Shown here: positions 1 to 8,740 of the stretch, in pieces
Layout of the letters: each line of letters begins with the position of its first letter
Numbering within the stretch: position 1 is the stretch's first letter
Assembly (NCBI GenBank): GCA_903910645.1
Contig: CAIWAD010000040.1
Coordinates: forward strand, 14,768-78,767
DNA from: an uncultured bacterium
Lineage (GTDB): Bacteria > CAIWAD01
Reading direction: 5' to 3'
DNA length: 64,000 nucleotides
Notes under the pieces: model-generated
Database searches by the model: none
Seen by the model: only the letters and a program-made list of their open reading frames with translations
Told to the model about the DNA's origin: nothing
Made by a program: the position numbers and the translations under genes

Positions 1-100
1 ATTTCTGTGCCCAAGCTGGCGCTCCACCATGAGGGCCCGGTTATGGAAAGGGCGACCTTGTTGTCCCAAGGCCGCCCTCGTTCAATTCACGCACATGACC

Positions 101-3037
101 TTACTTCACCAACAAGAGCTTCACCGTGCGCGTGCTTCCTTCCTGCCGTGCCCGCGCCAGGTACAGGCCGCTGGGCAGGGCGCTGCCATCCACCTGAAGG
201 CTCGTCTCCCCGGCGGGAAGGATGCCCTGATGCAGGACGCGCACCACCCGCCCCTGCATGTCCACCAGTTCCACCGTGGTGAAGGCCGCCCGCGCACTGG
301 CCAGGCGCAGGGTGGTGAAGGGGTTGAAAGGATTGGGCGCGGCGGGCAGCAAGCGGAAAGCCTTAGCAGCGCTGGCAGGATCCAGGTCCAGGAAAGGCAG
401 GCTCCAGCGACACAGGGAGCCGTTGGCGTTCCAGGTGGTGGCGCCATCACTCAGCTCCAGCCACAAGTCCACATCCATGCCGTACCAGTCGGGCAGGTTC
501 ACGCCACTGGACAGGGCGGACCAGGAATCGCCCTCCACCGGCCCCGTCCACATGGCGGCGCCATCCACCATCACGGAGGCACTAAGCGCGTGCTCCGCGC
601 CATTGGCCAGATCCAGTCCCACCGCGCCATTCAGCCAGTCGGGAATGAAGCCATCTGTGGCGCCTGGCAAATGGCCCAGCACCTCCACGGTGCCACAAGG
701 TGAGAACTGGCCGTGGCGAATGGTCGGGGCCACCGCTTCCGCCGTGCAGGGCAGGCTGCCGCAGGCATTGCCCAGATTCAGGTCGCAGGCCGTGGTGCCG
801 GCCATCTGGGGCGCGCAGCGCACGGTGACGGTGTGGAACTCCCCGGGGGCAAGGCTGTAGAAGGCGCCGCTTTGCACCGTGAATTCCTGGCAGGGGCTGC
901 TCACCGTGCCCGCCAGGGGCACCGTGCCCGTGTTCATCAGGGTGAAGCTCAGCTGATCGTGCCCGTCCACCAGCAGGGTGCCGAAATCCAGGGAGGCGGG
1001 CTCCACGCCGCAACTGGGCTGGGCCGTGGCCACCCAGGCCGCGCCGCCGGAGCTGTGATAGGCAGGAAATGGCTGGGTGAAGGATTGCCAGGGACCACCC
1101 GTGCCCAGGTTCCAAGCATAGGCGTCCACGCCATCGTCCCCGCGTGTAGCCGTCAGGAAGACCATGTTGTTTCCCACCGCCATGGCCCGGGCGCTGGAAT
1201 TGCTGCCCGGGTGGGAAGCGGCCAGGAAGGTGGTGGCGCCGCTCTCCACATCAATGGAATAGAGTCCGGTGGGGTTGCCGTACTCCGTGTAGCCGTAGAG
1301 CAGGCCGTCCTGGGCATTGCCGTCCAGGGCGAAGAAGCGGAAGCCCGAGGCCCCCAGGTCCAGCGCCAGCTCGCACTGGCCGCTGGCCAGGTCCACCCGG
1401 TAGATGCCCATGGGGCTGGCGAAGTTGGCGAAGCCGTAGAGTTCGCCGTTCACCCAACCCAGGCCGTGCAGGGCCACGCTGGTGGTGCACAGATAGGTGG
1501 TGGCGCCGGAGCTCAGGTTGTACTGGTGAATCTGGGTGGTGAAGGCTCCCTGGCACACATAAAGCGTGCCCTCCGGCGTGGCCGCCGCCCCGGCGATGTC
1601 GAAGGCCGTGTGGGCGTTCCAGGTCACATTGGGGAAGCCTCCCAAGTCCGTGGAGAGAGGCGCCACGCTGGCGTCCTCCAGGCCGGCGAAGAGCAGGCCG
1701 GTGACGGGCGTGGAGGCGGAGCACAGGATGTCCGGGCAGCTGCTGCCTGTCTCGATGGTGCAGGTGTGAGGGCCGGGCAGGCTGTTCTGGAACTGCACCA
1801 GGAAGTCCTGGCTGGCGCCGGGACCCAGATCATAGGCGCTGGCGCCCTGGATGGAAAAGCCCTGATCCGTGCATGCGCCCAGGCTCACCGTGCCACTCAA
1901 ATTGCCCTGCCCCGTGTTGGTGATGGTGAAGGGCATGGCGCTTACCACTTCGCCCGGCACTTCGCCGAAATCCAGGCTGGTGGTGCTCAGGCCGCAGGCC
2001 GGCTGCAGAGCCACCTCCGCAGTGCACTCCACCGGCGCGCAACTTCCACCAGATGCCACCTGACAGGTGAACTGACCGGCGCCTGAAGACAGGAAACGCA
2101 GAGTCACGGTCTGGCTCTGGCCCGCTCCCAGGCTATAGGTGGCGCCACTTTGCACACTGAACTCCGGGCAGTTCTCCGACACCGTGCCTGACAGGGTGCC
2201 TCCACCCGTGTTGGTGATGGTGAAGGTGCGCGTCACCGCGTTTCCCGGGGCCACTTCACCGAAATCCAGGCTGGAGGGGCTTACCTGGCATTGGGGAGTG
2301 GGCAGGGGCACCCAGGTGGCGCCGCCATTGGCGCTGAACTGGGGAAAAGGCTGCGTGAAGCTGGTCCAGGGGCCGCCCGTGCCCAGGTCCCAGGCCTGCA
2401 GGCCCACACCGATGCTGCCCTGGGTGGCGCACACATAGACCGTGTTGTTGCCCACGGCCAGGGCGCGGCCCATGGTGTTGTCCGCCGGGAAACTGCCCGT
2501 CACTGGCGTGATCTGGCCCGTGGCCGGATTGATGGAGTGCAGGCCGTCGGGACTGCCGTACTCGGTGTAGCCGTAAAGCAGGCCATCCACGGGGTTGAAG
2601 TCCAGCCCGAAGTAGCGGTAGCCCTGCTGGCTGGTGTCCACCACCAGCGTGCACAGGCCCGTGGTGGTGTTGATGGAATAGATGCCCATGGGCGTGGCGT
2701 AGTTGGCGAAGCCGTAGAGCACGCCGTTGCCGTAGCCAAGGGCATGGATGGCCACGCTGGCGGTGCACAGGACCTGTGCCGGGGCGTTGACGGAATTCAT
2801 GCGCAGGATCTGGGTGGTGAAGAAACCCGTGGCCAGATAGATGCTGCCCGCGGGGGTGGCGGCGGCGCCGTTCACGCTCTGCACGGCGTGGTCGGTCCAA
2901 CTGACGGCGGGAAAGCCCGACAGATCCGAGCTGCGCATGGCCGATCCCGTGTCCTCCAGCCCCACGAAGAGGCGCTGGGCGTGGAGCGGCAACGCGACAG
3001 CCGCGCACAGCGCAAGACCCAATGCAAGCTGTTTCAT
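101..3037 (-). CDS. Large secreted repeat protein (978 aa). It has an N-terminal signal peptide and two tandem copies of a beta-propeller-like 'LLYGYTEYG' repeat module. It also has ASH/'choice-of-anchor D'-like LDFGEV..TNTG domains and a C-terminal ~85-aa sorting domain resembling the T9SS CTD / FlgD-Ig-like fold
   Basis: ORF track; ATG at 3035-3037 with GGGAG 8 nt upstream; signal peptide MKQLALGLALCAAVALPLHAQ; internal duplication visible in translation; C-terminus NPFNPFTTL...SGLYLARARQEGSTRTVKLLLVK resembles por-secretion C-terminal sorting domains. Confidence 0.6.
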   Translation of the reverse strand: MKQLALGLALCAAVALPLHAQRLFVGLEDTGSAMRSSDLSGFPAVSWTDHAVQSVNGAAATPAGSIYLATGFFTTQILRMNSVNAPAQVLCTASVAIHALGYGNGVLYGFANYATPMGIYSINTTTGLCTLVVDTSQQGYRYFGLDFNPVDGLLYGYTEYGSPDGLHSINPATGQITPVTGSFPADNTMGRALAVGNNTVYVCATQGSIGVGLQAWDLGTGGPWTSFTQPFPQFSANGGATWVPLPTPQCQVSPSSLDFGEVAPGNAVTRTFTITNTGGGTLSGTVSENCPEFSVQSGATYSLGAGQSQTVTLRFLSSGAGQFTCQVASGGSCAPVECTAEVALQPACGLSTTSLDFGEVPGEVVSAMPFTITNTGQGNLSGTVSLGACTDQGFSIQGASAYDLGPGASQDFLVQFQNSLPGPHTCTIETGSSCPDILCSASTPVTGLLFAGLEDASVAPLSTDLGGFPNVTWNAHTAFDIAGAAATPEGTLYVCQGAFTTQIHQYNLSSGATTYLCTTSVALHGLGWVNGELYGFANFASPMGIYRVDLASGQCELALDLGASGFRFFALDGNAQDGLLYGYTEYGNPTGLYSIDVESGATTFLAASHPGSNSSARAMAVGNNMVFLTATRGDDGVDAYAWNLGTGGPWQSFTQPFPAYHSSGGAAWVATAQPSCGVEPASLDFGTLLVDGHDQLSFTLMNTGTVPLAGTVSSPCQEFTVQSGAFYSLAPGEFHTVTVRCAPQMAGTTACDLNLGNACGSLPCTAEAVAPTIRHGQFSPCGTVEVLGHLPGATDGFIPDWLNGAVGLDLANGAEHALSASVMVDGAAMWTGPVEGDSWSALSSGVNLPDWYGMDVDLWLELSDGATTWNANGSLCRWSLPFLDLDPASAAKAFRLLPAAPNPFNPFTTLRLASARAAFTTVELVDMQGRVVRVLHQGILPAGETSLQVDGSALPSGLYLARARQEGSTRTVKLLLVK

Positions 3038-3108
3038 GGTGTCTCCCAGATGGGTGTATGGCGTGCAAGCGGCCCAAAGGTACCGATTGCGGGCAGGCGG
3101 ATGGAGAA

Positions 3109-4359
3109 TCAGGTGCTGAGCCGGGCACCCAGTGCGCGCTTGAAGGACAAGGTCTTCAGGCGGCTTTCCCGCTCCTCGTCGGCGGGACGGCTGTCCCAGG
3201 TCAGGCCGCCTCCCGCCAGCAGGTGCAGGCCCCCGGCGTCAAGGCGCGCGGTGCGGATGGCCACGCTGAAGGCGAAGTCGCCCTGTGGATCCACCCAGCC
3301 CACAGCCCCGAAGGCCGGGCCACGGGCCTGGCGCTCCAGGGTGGCGATGCGCTCCATGGCGCGCTGGCGTGGACAACCGGTTACGCTGCCACAAGGGAAC
3401 GCTGCGGCGAAGGCATCCTGCAGGCCCGCGCCTCCACGCAGGCGGCCCTGGACCGTGGCGTAACTGTGCAACAGGCCCGGGGCCTCCAGCCACTGGGGAA
3501 AGGGCCCCACTTCCACTGTTCCCGGCCGGCACACGCGGGACAGGTCGTTGCGCATCAGATCCACGATCATGGACAGCTCCGCGCGATCCTTGGCACTGCC
3601 AAGCAGTTGCTGACGGGCGCTCTCCAGATGCCCCGGCCCCGCCACGGCCACGGTGCCCTTGATGGGCTGGGTCCACAGGCGATGGCCTCGTCGGGCCAAG
3701 AAGAGCTCGGGCGAGTCGCTCACCAGGGCGCGGTCCCGCCATTCCAGCAGGGCACGGTAACCAAAGGGGCGGCCATCCTGGGCGCGCAGGGCGGCGAAGA
3801 GGGCGGAGGCGTGGCACGGGGACAGGGACGCGCCGAAGGCCTGCACCAGATTCACCTGGTAGCAGTCTCCCCGGCGGATCAGCTGTCGCACCCGACGCAC
3901 GCCCCGACGGAACTCTTCAGGCGGAGCCAGGGCTTCCAGCTCCGTGGCGGGCAGCGTGGCCGCTTGTCCGCGCCAGCAGGCGGAAGTTCTGGATTGAAGA
4001 GGAAGGGACTCCTCCTCGGCGCACAGCAGGAACTCCATCAAGGGCCATCCCGCCACCGGGCCGGGGGGAGGCGGCAAGGACTGGAACAGGGCCGCGGCTT
4101 CATAAGACAGAAAGCCCGCCGCTTTCAAACCCAGGGCGCGGGCCCTTTCCTCCACAAAGGCCATGGGAGGCAGATCCCGGCGCTGTCGCCGCCCATCCCG
4201 CATTTGCCAGAGTTCGGGAGCGGCCGGATCCCCGCGCAGGAGCAGTCGCTCCACGGGGCGGGCCAACCGCAGCATGCGGCCATGGAAGGGCCCCAGCCAA
4301 AGGCGCGGCAACGGCGCTTCCACATGGCGGCGCCACAAGCCGGTAAGGGCATCAGGCAC
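3109..4359 (-). CDS. Chorismate-binding enzyme, aminodeoxychorismate synthase component I / anthranilate synthase component I family (PabB/TrpE-like)
   Basis: Conserved C-terminal motifs GDCYQVNL, ELSMIVDLMRNDL, GWVDPQGDFAFSVAIRT. The annotated start is GTG at 4359 and overlaps the ddl 3' end; an alternative ATG lies at 4275. Confidence 0.75.
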   Translation of the reverse strand: MPDALTGLWRRHVEAPLPRLWLGPFHGRMLRLARPVERLLLRGDPAAPELWQMRDGRRQRRDLPPMAFVEERARALGLKAAGFLSYEAAALFQSLPPPPGPVAGWPLMEFLLCAEEESLPLQSRTSACWRGQAATLPATELEALAPPEEFRRGVRRVRQLIRRGDCYQVNLVQAFGASLSPCHASALFAALRAQDGRPFGYRALLEWRDRALVSDSPELFLARRGHRLWTQPIKGTVAVAGPGHLESARQQLLGSAKDRAELSMIVDLMRNDLSRVCRPGTVEVGPFPQWLEAPGLLHSYATVQGRLRGGAGLQDAFAAAFPCGSVTGCPRQRAMERIATLERQARGPAFGAVGWVDPQGDFAFSVAIRTARLDAGGLHLLAGGGLTWDSRPADEERESRLKTLSFKRALGARLST

Positions 4360-5347
4360 GCAGGGCGGCGGCGCTGATGCGGGCCAGCAGGGCGGGGAAA
4401 TCCCACCCGTGTGCGGCGGCGGCCTTGGGCACCAGACTCTTGTCCGTCATGCCCGGCGTGATGTTGATTTCCAGGCAGAAAGGCCGTCCCTGGGGATCCA
4501 GGCGCCAGTCCGTGCGCGTGGCGCCGGCGCAGCCCAGACTCTGGTTCAGTTGCCGGGTCCAGTGCTGGATGCGCTGGGTGGTGTCCTCATCCACCGGGGC
4601 GGGGCAAAGGTAGTCCGTGCCGCCGCTGTACTTGCGGCGGTAATCGTACCAGCCACCATCCCGCGGGCGGATTTCCACCAAAGGCAGCACCTGGCCGTCC
4701 ACCCAGGCGCAGGTGAGTTCGCGACCGGGGATGAAGGCCTCCACCAGGGCGTCGTCCCCCAGGGCGAAGACCTCATCCAGGGCCTCTTCCACATCCTCCC
4801 GCTCCTCCAGGATGCGCACGCCCACACTGGAACCCATGCGGTTGGGCTTCACCACCAGTGTGCCCAGGGGCAGGTCGCCGGGCGGGACCTGCTCCCCCCG
4901 CGGTACCAAGAGGCCCGGCGCCACGGGAAGGCCCAGGCCTTTCAACCACTGGCGCGTGCGCTCCTTGTCCATGGCCAGGGCGGATGCCAGGCTGGGGCTG
5001 CTGCTCAAGGGCAAATCCAGCAGTTCGCACAGGGCGGCCAGATGTCCATCCTCGCCGAACCCGCCGTGGAGACAGTTGAACACCAGGGCGGGCTGCACGC
5101 TGCGCAGACAATCCACCAAGAGGGCCACTTGCCGGGCGTCCAGGCTTTGCAGTTCCGGTGAATCCGTGGTGGGGCCTGTGCCAAAGGGGAAATCCGCCAG
5201 AGGCAGGGCCGCCTCGGGCCGCAAGGGATCCAGCAGGAGCAGCTCGTGGCCCAGACCTTCCAGGGCAAGGGCGCAGGCACGGCCACTGGCCAGGCTTACA
5301 TCACGCTCCCCCGATTCTCCACCCAGCAAAAGCAGAATGCGCGCCAT
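4352..5347 (-). CDS. ddl: D-alanine--D-alanine ligase
   Basis: MARILLLLGGESGERDVSLASG... ATP-grasp Ddl signature; the ATG at 5345-5347 overlaps the folD stop as TGATG; the ORF track's longer 5' extension is rejected. Confidence 0.85.
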   Translation of the reverse strand: MARILLLLGGESGERDVSLASGRACALALEGLGHELLLLDPLRPEAALPLADFPFGTGPTTDSPELQSLDARQVALLVDCLRSVQPALVFNCLHGGFGEDGHLAALCELLDLPLSSSPSLASALAMDKERTRQWLKGLGLPVAPGLLVPRGEQVPPGDLPLGTLVVKPNRMGSSVGVRILEEREDVEEALDEVFALGDDALVEAFIPGRELTCAWVDGQVLPLVEIRPRDGGWYDYRRKYSGGTDYLCPAPVDEDTTQRIQHWTRQLNQSLGCAGATRTDWRLDPQGRPFCLEINITPGMTDKSLVPKAAAAHGWDFPALLARISAAALRA

Positions 5348-6249
5348 CAGACCCTTCCTCCCAACGGACGGGAGCGCCGACGGGCGCTGTCCAGCGTGTT
5401 CCTCAAGAGCATGGCGATGGTCATGGGGCCCACGCCTCCAGGCACGGGCGTGATGGCCGAACAGCGCGGAGCCACGCCTTCGAAGTCCACATCCCCCACC
5501 AGCCTGGAGCCTTTGGGGGCGGAGGGATCCTCCACCCGATTGATGCCCACATCCACCACCACCGCGCCTTCCTTCACCATGTCCGCCGTGATGAAGCGCG
5601 CCCGGCCAATGGCCGCCACCAGGATATCCGCCTGGCGGCAGATCTCCGGCAGGTTGCGCGTGCGGCTGTGACAAACGGTGACGGTGGCGTCGGCGCCCTC
5701 GCCCTTTTGCACCAGCAGGCTGGCCATGGGCTTGCCAACGATGTTGGAGCGTCCCACGATGACCACATGGGCGCCGGCGACGGAAATGCCCGAACGCTTC
5801 AACATCTCCTGAACGCCCGCCGGCGTGGCGGGGGAGAAAGCTCCTGGCAGACCCGCCAGCACGCGTCCGGCATTCACCGGGTGAAAGCCGTCCACATCCT
5901 TGTGGGGCTGGATGCGCTCGATCACCTCCTGCTCATCCAGATGGGCGGGCAGGGGCAGCTGCACCAGGATGCCGTCCCAGGAAGGATCGGCGTTAAGCAG
6001 GTCCACAAGTCCCAGCAACTGCTCCCTGGGACAATCCGCCGGCAGACGGAAAATCTCGCTGCGCAGACCAGCGCCCTGACAGGCCTTGTGCTTGTTGCGC
6101 ACATAGACCTGGCTGGCGGGATCCTCCCCCACCAGCACGGCGGCCAGTCCAGGAGGCCGGTGTCCTTCCGCGCACAGGGCCTGCACGCCCAGGGCCACTT
6201 CGGCCTGGATCTGGCCCGCCATGGCCTTGCCGTCAATCAAGGTGCCCAT
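5347..6249 (-). CDS. folD: Bifunctional methylenetetrahydrofolate dehydrogenase/cyclohydrolase
   Basis: MGTLIDGKAMAGQIQAEV...VGRSNIVGKPMASLL... canonical FolD; ATG 6247-6249 with AAGGAGG RBS immediately upstream. Confidence 0.9.
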   Translation of the reverse strand: MGTLIDGKAMAGQIQAEVALGVQALCAEGHRPPGLAAVLVGEDPASQVYVRNKHKACQGAGLRSEIFRLPADCPREQLLGLVDLLNADPSWDGILVQLPLPAHLDEQEVIERIQPHKDVDGFHPVNAGRVLAGLPGAFSPATPAGVQEMLKRSGISVAGAHVVIVGRSNIVGKPMASLLVQKGEGADATVTVCHSRTRNLPEICRQADILVAAIGRARFITADMVKEGAVVVDVGINRVEDPSAPKGSRLVGDVDFEGVAPRCSAITPVPGGVGPMTIAMLLRNTLDSARRRSRPLGGRV

Positions 6250-6271
6250 CCGTCCTCCTTGGCCTTCGCGC

Positions 6272-7297
6272 TCATGACTGTGTGTGAATTGCCGCCTGGC
6301 GGAATCCGCCTGCGTAGTGCAGGAAAACGGCCAGGTTGTAGAGCCTTTCCCCAAGCGGCAGGCCCATGGCATCCAGGGCCACCAGCAGGCGGTGCAAGCC
6401 CAGGCGCCAGGCGGCCTCCAGCACCCCCTGGGGATGGGGAGGCAACAGTCGCGTCAGTTGCAGTTCATCCAGCAGCGCGGGATGTCGCTCCACCAGCAAG
6501 GGAAGCGCTTCCCTCCCCATGCGCTCCAGGTTGGCGCAGTGGGCGGAGAAGGAGCGTTCCTGGGCGTGCAGGGCTCGGGCCTGACGGCAATAGACCATTT
6601 CCGCACCCGCCGCCTCCAGGCGCAGGCCCATGTCCATGTCCTCGCCACCCCAGCCGCGCAGCCTTTCATCGAAAGGTCCGGCCTTCTCCAACAGCTGGGC
6701 GGGCACGCAGCTGTTGCAGGTGTAGAAATAGCGGCCGGGCATGGCCCCGCCCTCCCGGTACTTCCAGGGACCGCGGGTTTCCAGATAGCGCTGGTAGGCC
6801 TTCAATCCAGAGCGGCGGGCGGCTTCGGCAGCGGCCTGGCCTTCCACCAGCGCCAAATCCAGCGGCGCGGCGGGATCTGTCTCATAGACCATTTCCCCCA
6901 CCACCACGCACCGGGAAGATTGGGCCATGGCCAGCAGAGCCTCCGCCCAGTCGGGGCCAACGCGCAAGTCCGCGTCCAGGAAGAGTCGATGTTTGCCACG
7001 CGCCCTTGCCAGGGCGGCGTTGCGTGCCGCGCTGCGCCCCCGGTTGGTGGACAGCTCCACCAGCACCAGAGGCAGTGCCCGCCAGCCGCCCGACTCCACA
7101 AGGGTGGACAAGGGTCCGCCATCGGCGCCTGGCCAGCCCATGCCGCGGCGCAACAGGGCGGCGCTGCCGTCGGTGGAACCATCCAGGGCCACCACCAACT
7201 CCCAGCGCTGATCCGTGTCCAAACGGCAAAGAGACTGGAGACAACGGGCCAGCAGGGCGCCATCATTGTAACTGGGAATGATGACGCTGAAATCCAT
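6272..7297 (-). CDS. Glycosyltransferase family 2
   Basis: N-terminus MDFSVIIPSYNDGALLARCL...LDGSTDGS (GT-A DXD-type fold); ATG verified at 7295-7297. Confidence 0.75.
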   Translation of the reverse strand: MDFSVIIPSYNDGALLARCLQSLCRLDTDQRWELVVALDGSTDGSAALLRRGMGWPGADGGPLSTLVESGGWRALPLVLVELSTNRGRSAARNAALARARGKHRLFLDADLRVGPDWAEALLAMAQSSRCVVVGEMVYETDPAAPLDLALVEGQAAAEAARRSGLKAYQRYLETRGPWKYREGGAMPGRYFYTCNSCVPAQLLEKAGPFDERLRGWGGEDMDMGLRLEAAGAEMVYCRQARALHAQERSFSAHCANLERMGREALPLLVERHPALLDELQLTRLLPPHPQGVLEAAWRLGLHRLLVALDAMGLPLGERLYNLAVFLHYAGGFRQAAIHTQS

Positions 7298-7374
7298 GCG
7301 CGGCCCTCGTCTGTTGCCTCTTTGTCGTGAACAAGGTCAAAAATCAGGAAGGGACAAGGGAGCCATCCCGTGAG

Positions 7375-7530
7375 CAACAGCTCTCGTTCTCGGATTCCCC
7401 CCGCCATGGGCGGGCGCTGTCTTCCCAGCGAAAGCTGGGATCACCTGTCACCGAAATGGCCTGCCCCCGCAGCGGCTCTCGTCCACGAGTCTCGGTTCAA
7501 TCCGCGATCAAGGAGCTGCGATCCCAATCC
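7375..7530 (+). repeat. Dispersed structured intergenic repeat, copy D (partial or rearranged; CTTCCCAGCGAAAGCTGGGATC hairpin)
   Basis: Shares GCGCTGTCTTCCCAGCGAA with copy C and GCTCTCGTTCTCGG with copy B. Confidence 0.55.
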
Positions 7531-7555
7531 TTCAGCGGTGTGTTGTCCATCAATC

Positions 7556-8740
7556 TCAACGCCCAATGCTGGCAGGGCCGTTTTCCAGGGCTCCGCCGCC
7601 TTGGGGAGTGAAGAGCTGCAGGAAGCGGGACTCCTCTTTTTCCCAGCACAAGTCCTGTGCCGCCGCTTCCAGCGCGGCCTGCCAGGTGGATTCCCGGGCA
7701 GGATCCAGCAGAATCGTGAGCTGGGCGGCAATGGCCGCCGCATTCTGGGGATCGGCACAGCGTCCCAATCCACGGCCCAGCACCACCGATGCGGTCTCCG
7801 GCAATGGGCTGGCCAACACGGGCAGACCGGCCTGGATGTATTCGAAGAGCTTGTTGGGCAGCAGGTAGCGATAGGAGAGACCCAGGTCCGGCACCATCAC
7901 CGTGCCGGCGTCGCAGCCTCGCAACAGGCCGTCCAATTGGTGGCCCGGGACCTTTCCCGCCAACAGCACCCGCTCCTTCCATGGCAATGTGGAGGCGTGG
8001 CGGCGGTGCAATTCCCATTGCGGGCCGTCACCCAGCATGAGCAGGTTCACCCCCCGGCCCTTCTCCTCCAGCAGGCCCACGGCGTCCATGAGCGGCCGGA
8101 AATCATAACCGGGCCAGAATCCGCCGGCATAGACCACTACGGGCCCTTGGCCCAGCGTGGGCCACAGACGGCCCAACTGGTGGCGACGCGTGGCTTCCCG
8201 TGGCCGCCAGGACAGGGCGGGCACATTGCGCACCACGGCCACCTCGCGGGAGAGGTGGTAGTCCTCCTGCAAGGCCCGGGCGATGGAGGCGCACACGGCA
8301 CAGGAGGCATCGGCTTGGCGCATGCCCCGCCCCTCTGTCCATTTCCAGACGGCGGTCATGAGGGGGCGGCTGCGCACAGTGGGCAACTCGCTCCAGTATT
8401 CCCTGGCATCGTACACCAAATGGAAAGGCCGACTGGCGCGCGCGCGCAGGGCCGGTCCCAGGGCGGGGGGATCCACGGCCAACACGGCGTGGGGCTTCTC
8501 CTGCAGGATCAGGCGGTGGAACCAGCCCATGAAACGCAGGAAGTAGAGCTTGCCGCCCAGGGCGCGGGAGGCCTGCAGGCGGTGCAGCGGGCGCTCCTTC
8601 CAGAAGTCCGAAAGCGGGGCTTCCCCGTTGTCAACCCAGGTGGCGCTCACCTGGTGGCCGGCGCGCTCCAGGCTCTCCACCATGCGTTCCTGGCGGCGCT
8701 CGTGGGACAATTCGGAGAGAATGCCCATCAGGATGCGCAT
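7556..8740 (-). CDS. Glycosyltransferase family 1 (GT-B)
   Basis: MRILMGILSELSHERRQERMVESLERAGHQV... and C-terminal GT1 motifs; ATG at 8738-8740 with GGAGG RBS; overlaps the upstream stop by 13 nt. Confidence 0.7.
   Translation of the reverse strand: MRILMGILSELSHERRQERMVESLERAGHQVSATWVDNGEAPLSDFWKERPLHRLQASRALGGKLYFLRFMGWFHRLILQEKPHAVLAVDPPALGPALRARASRPFHLVYDAREYWSELPTVRSRPLMTAVWKWTEGRGMRQADASCAVCASIARALQEDYHLSREVAVVRNVPALSWRPREATRRHQLGRLWPTLGQGPVVVYAGGFWPGYDFRPLMDAVGLLEEKGRGVNLLMLGDGPQWELHRRHASTLPWKERVLLAGKVPGHQLDGLLRGCDAGTVMVPDLGLSYRYLLPNKLFEYIQAGLPVLASPLPETASVVLGRGLGRCADPQNAAAIAAQLTILLDPARESTWQAALEAAAQDLCWEKEESRFLQLFTPQGGGALENGPASIGR

Noticed and set aside
713-2086. 457-aa plus-strand ORF, and similar ones at 29-703 and 2291-3463, antisense to the 978-aa secreted protein gene
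   Set aside because: The translations are Gly/Ala/Arg/His-rich low-complexity sequences typical of antisense frames in ~70% GC DNA. The opposite strand carries a coherent, signal-peptide-bearing repeat protein with an RBS.
4352-5674. Long 440-aa form of the ddl ORF with a 109-aa Gly/His-rich N-terminal extension. Similar 5' extensions occur in the ORF track for folD, tolR, rfbD, the DUF4837-like gene, the CYTH gene and accA
   Set aside because: The extensions are low-complexity, overlap the upstream gene, and lack an RBS. Internal ATGs with SD motifs and ATGA/TGATG coupling to the upstream stop give protein lengths matching the known families.
5158-7281. 707-aa plus-strand ORF spanning the ddl, folD and GT2 loci
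   Set aside because: It overlaps three well-supported minus-strand genes (FolD, Ddl, GT2), and its Pro/Arg/Gly-rich translation has no domain signature. It is a shadow ORF.
7327-7611. 94-aa plus-strand ORF in the GT2/GT1 intergenic region
   Set aside because: It coincides with dispersed-repeat copy D. It is Ser/Arg-rich with no homology signature, and it sits on the opposite strand to every gene in a 48-kb stretch.
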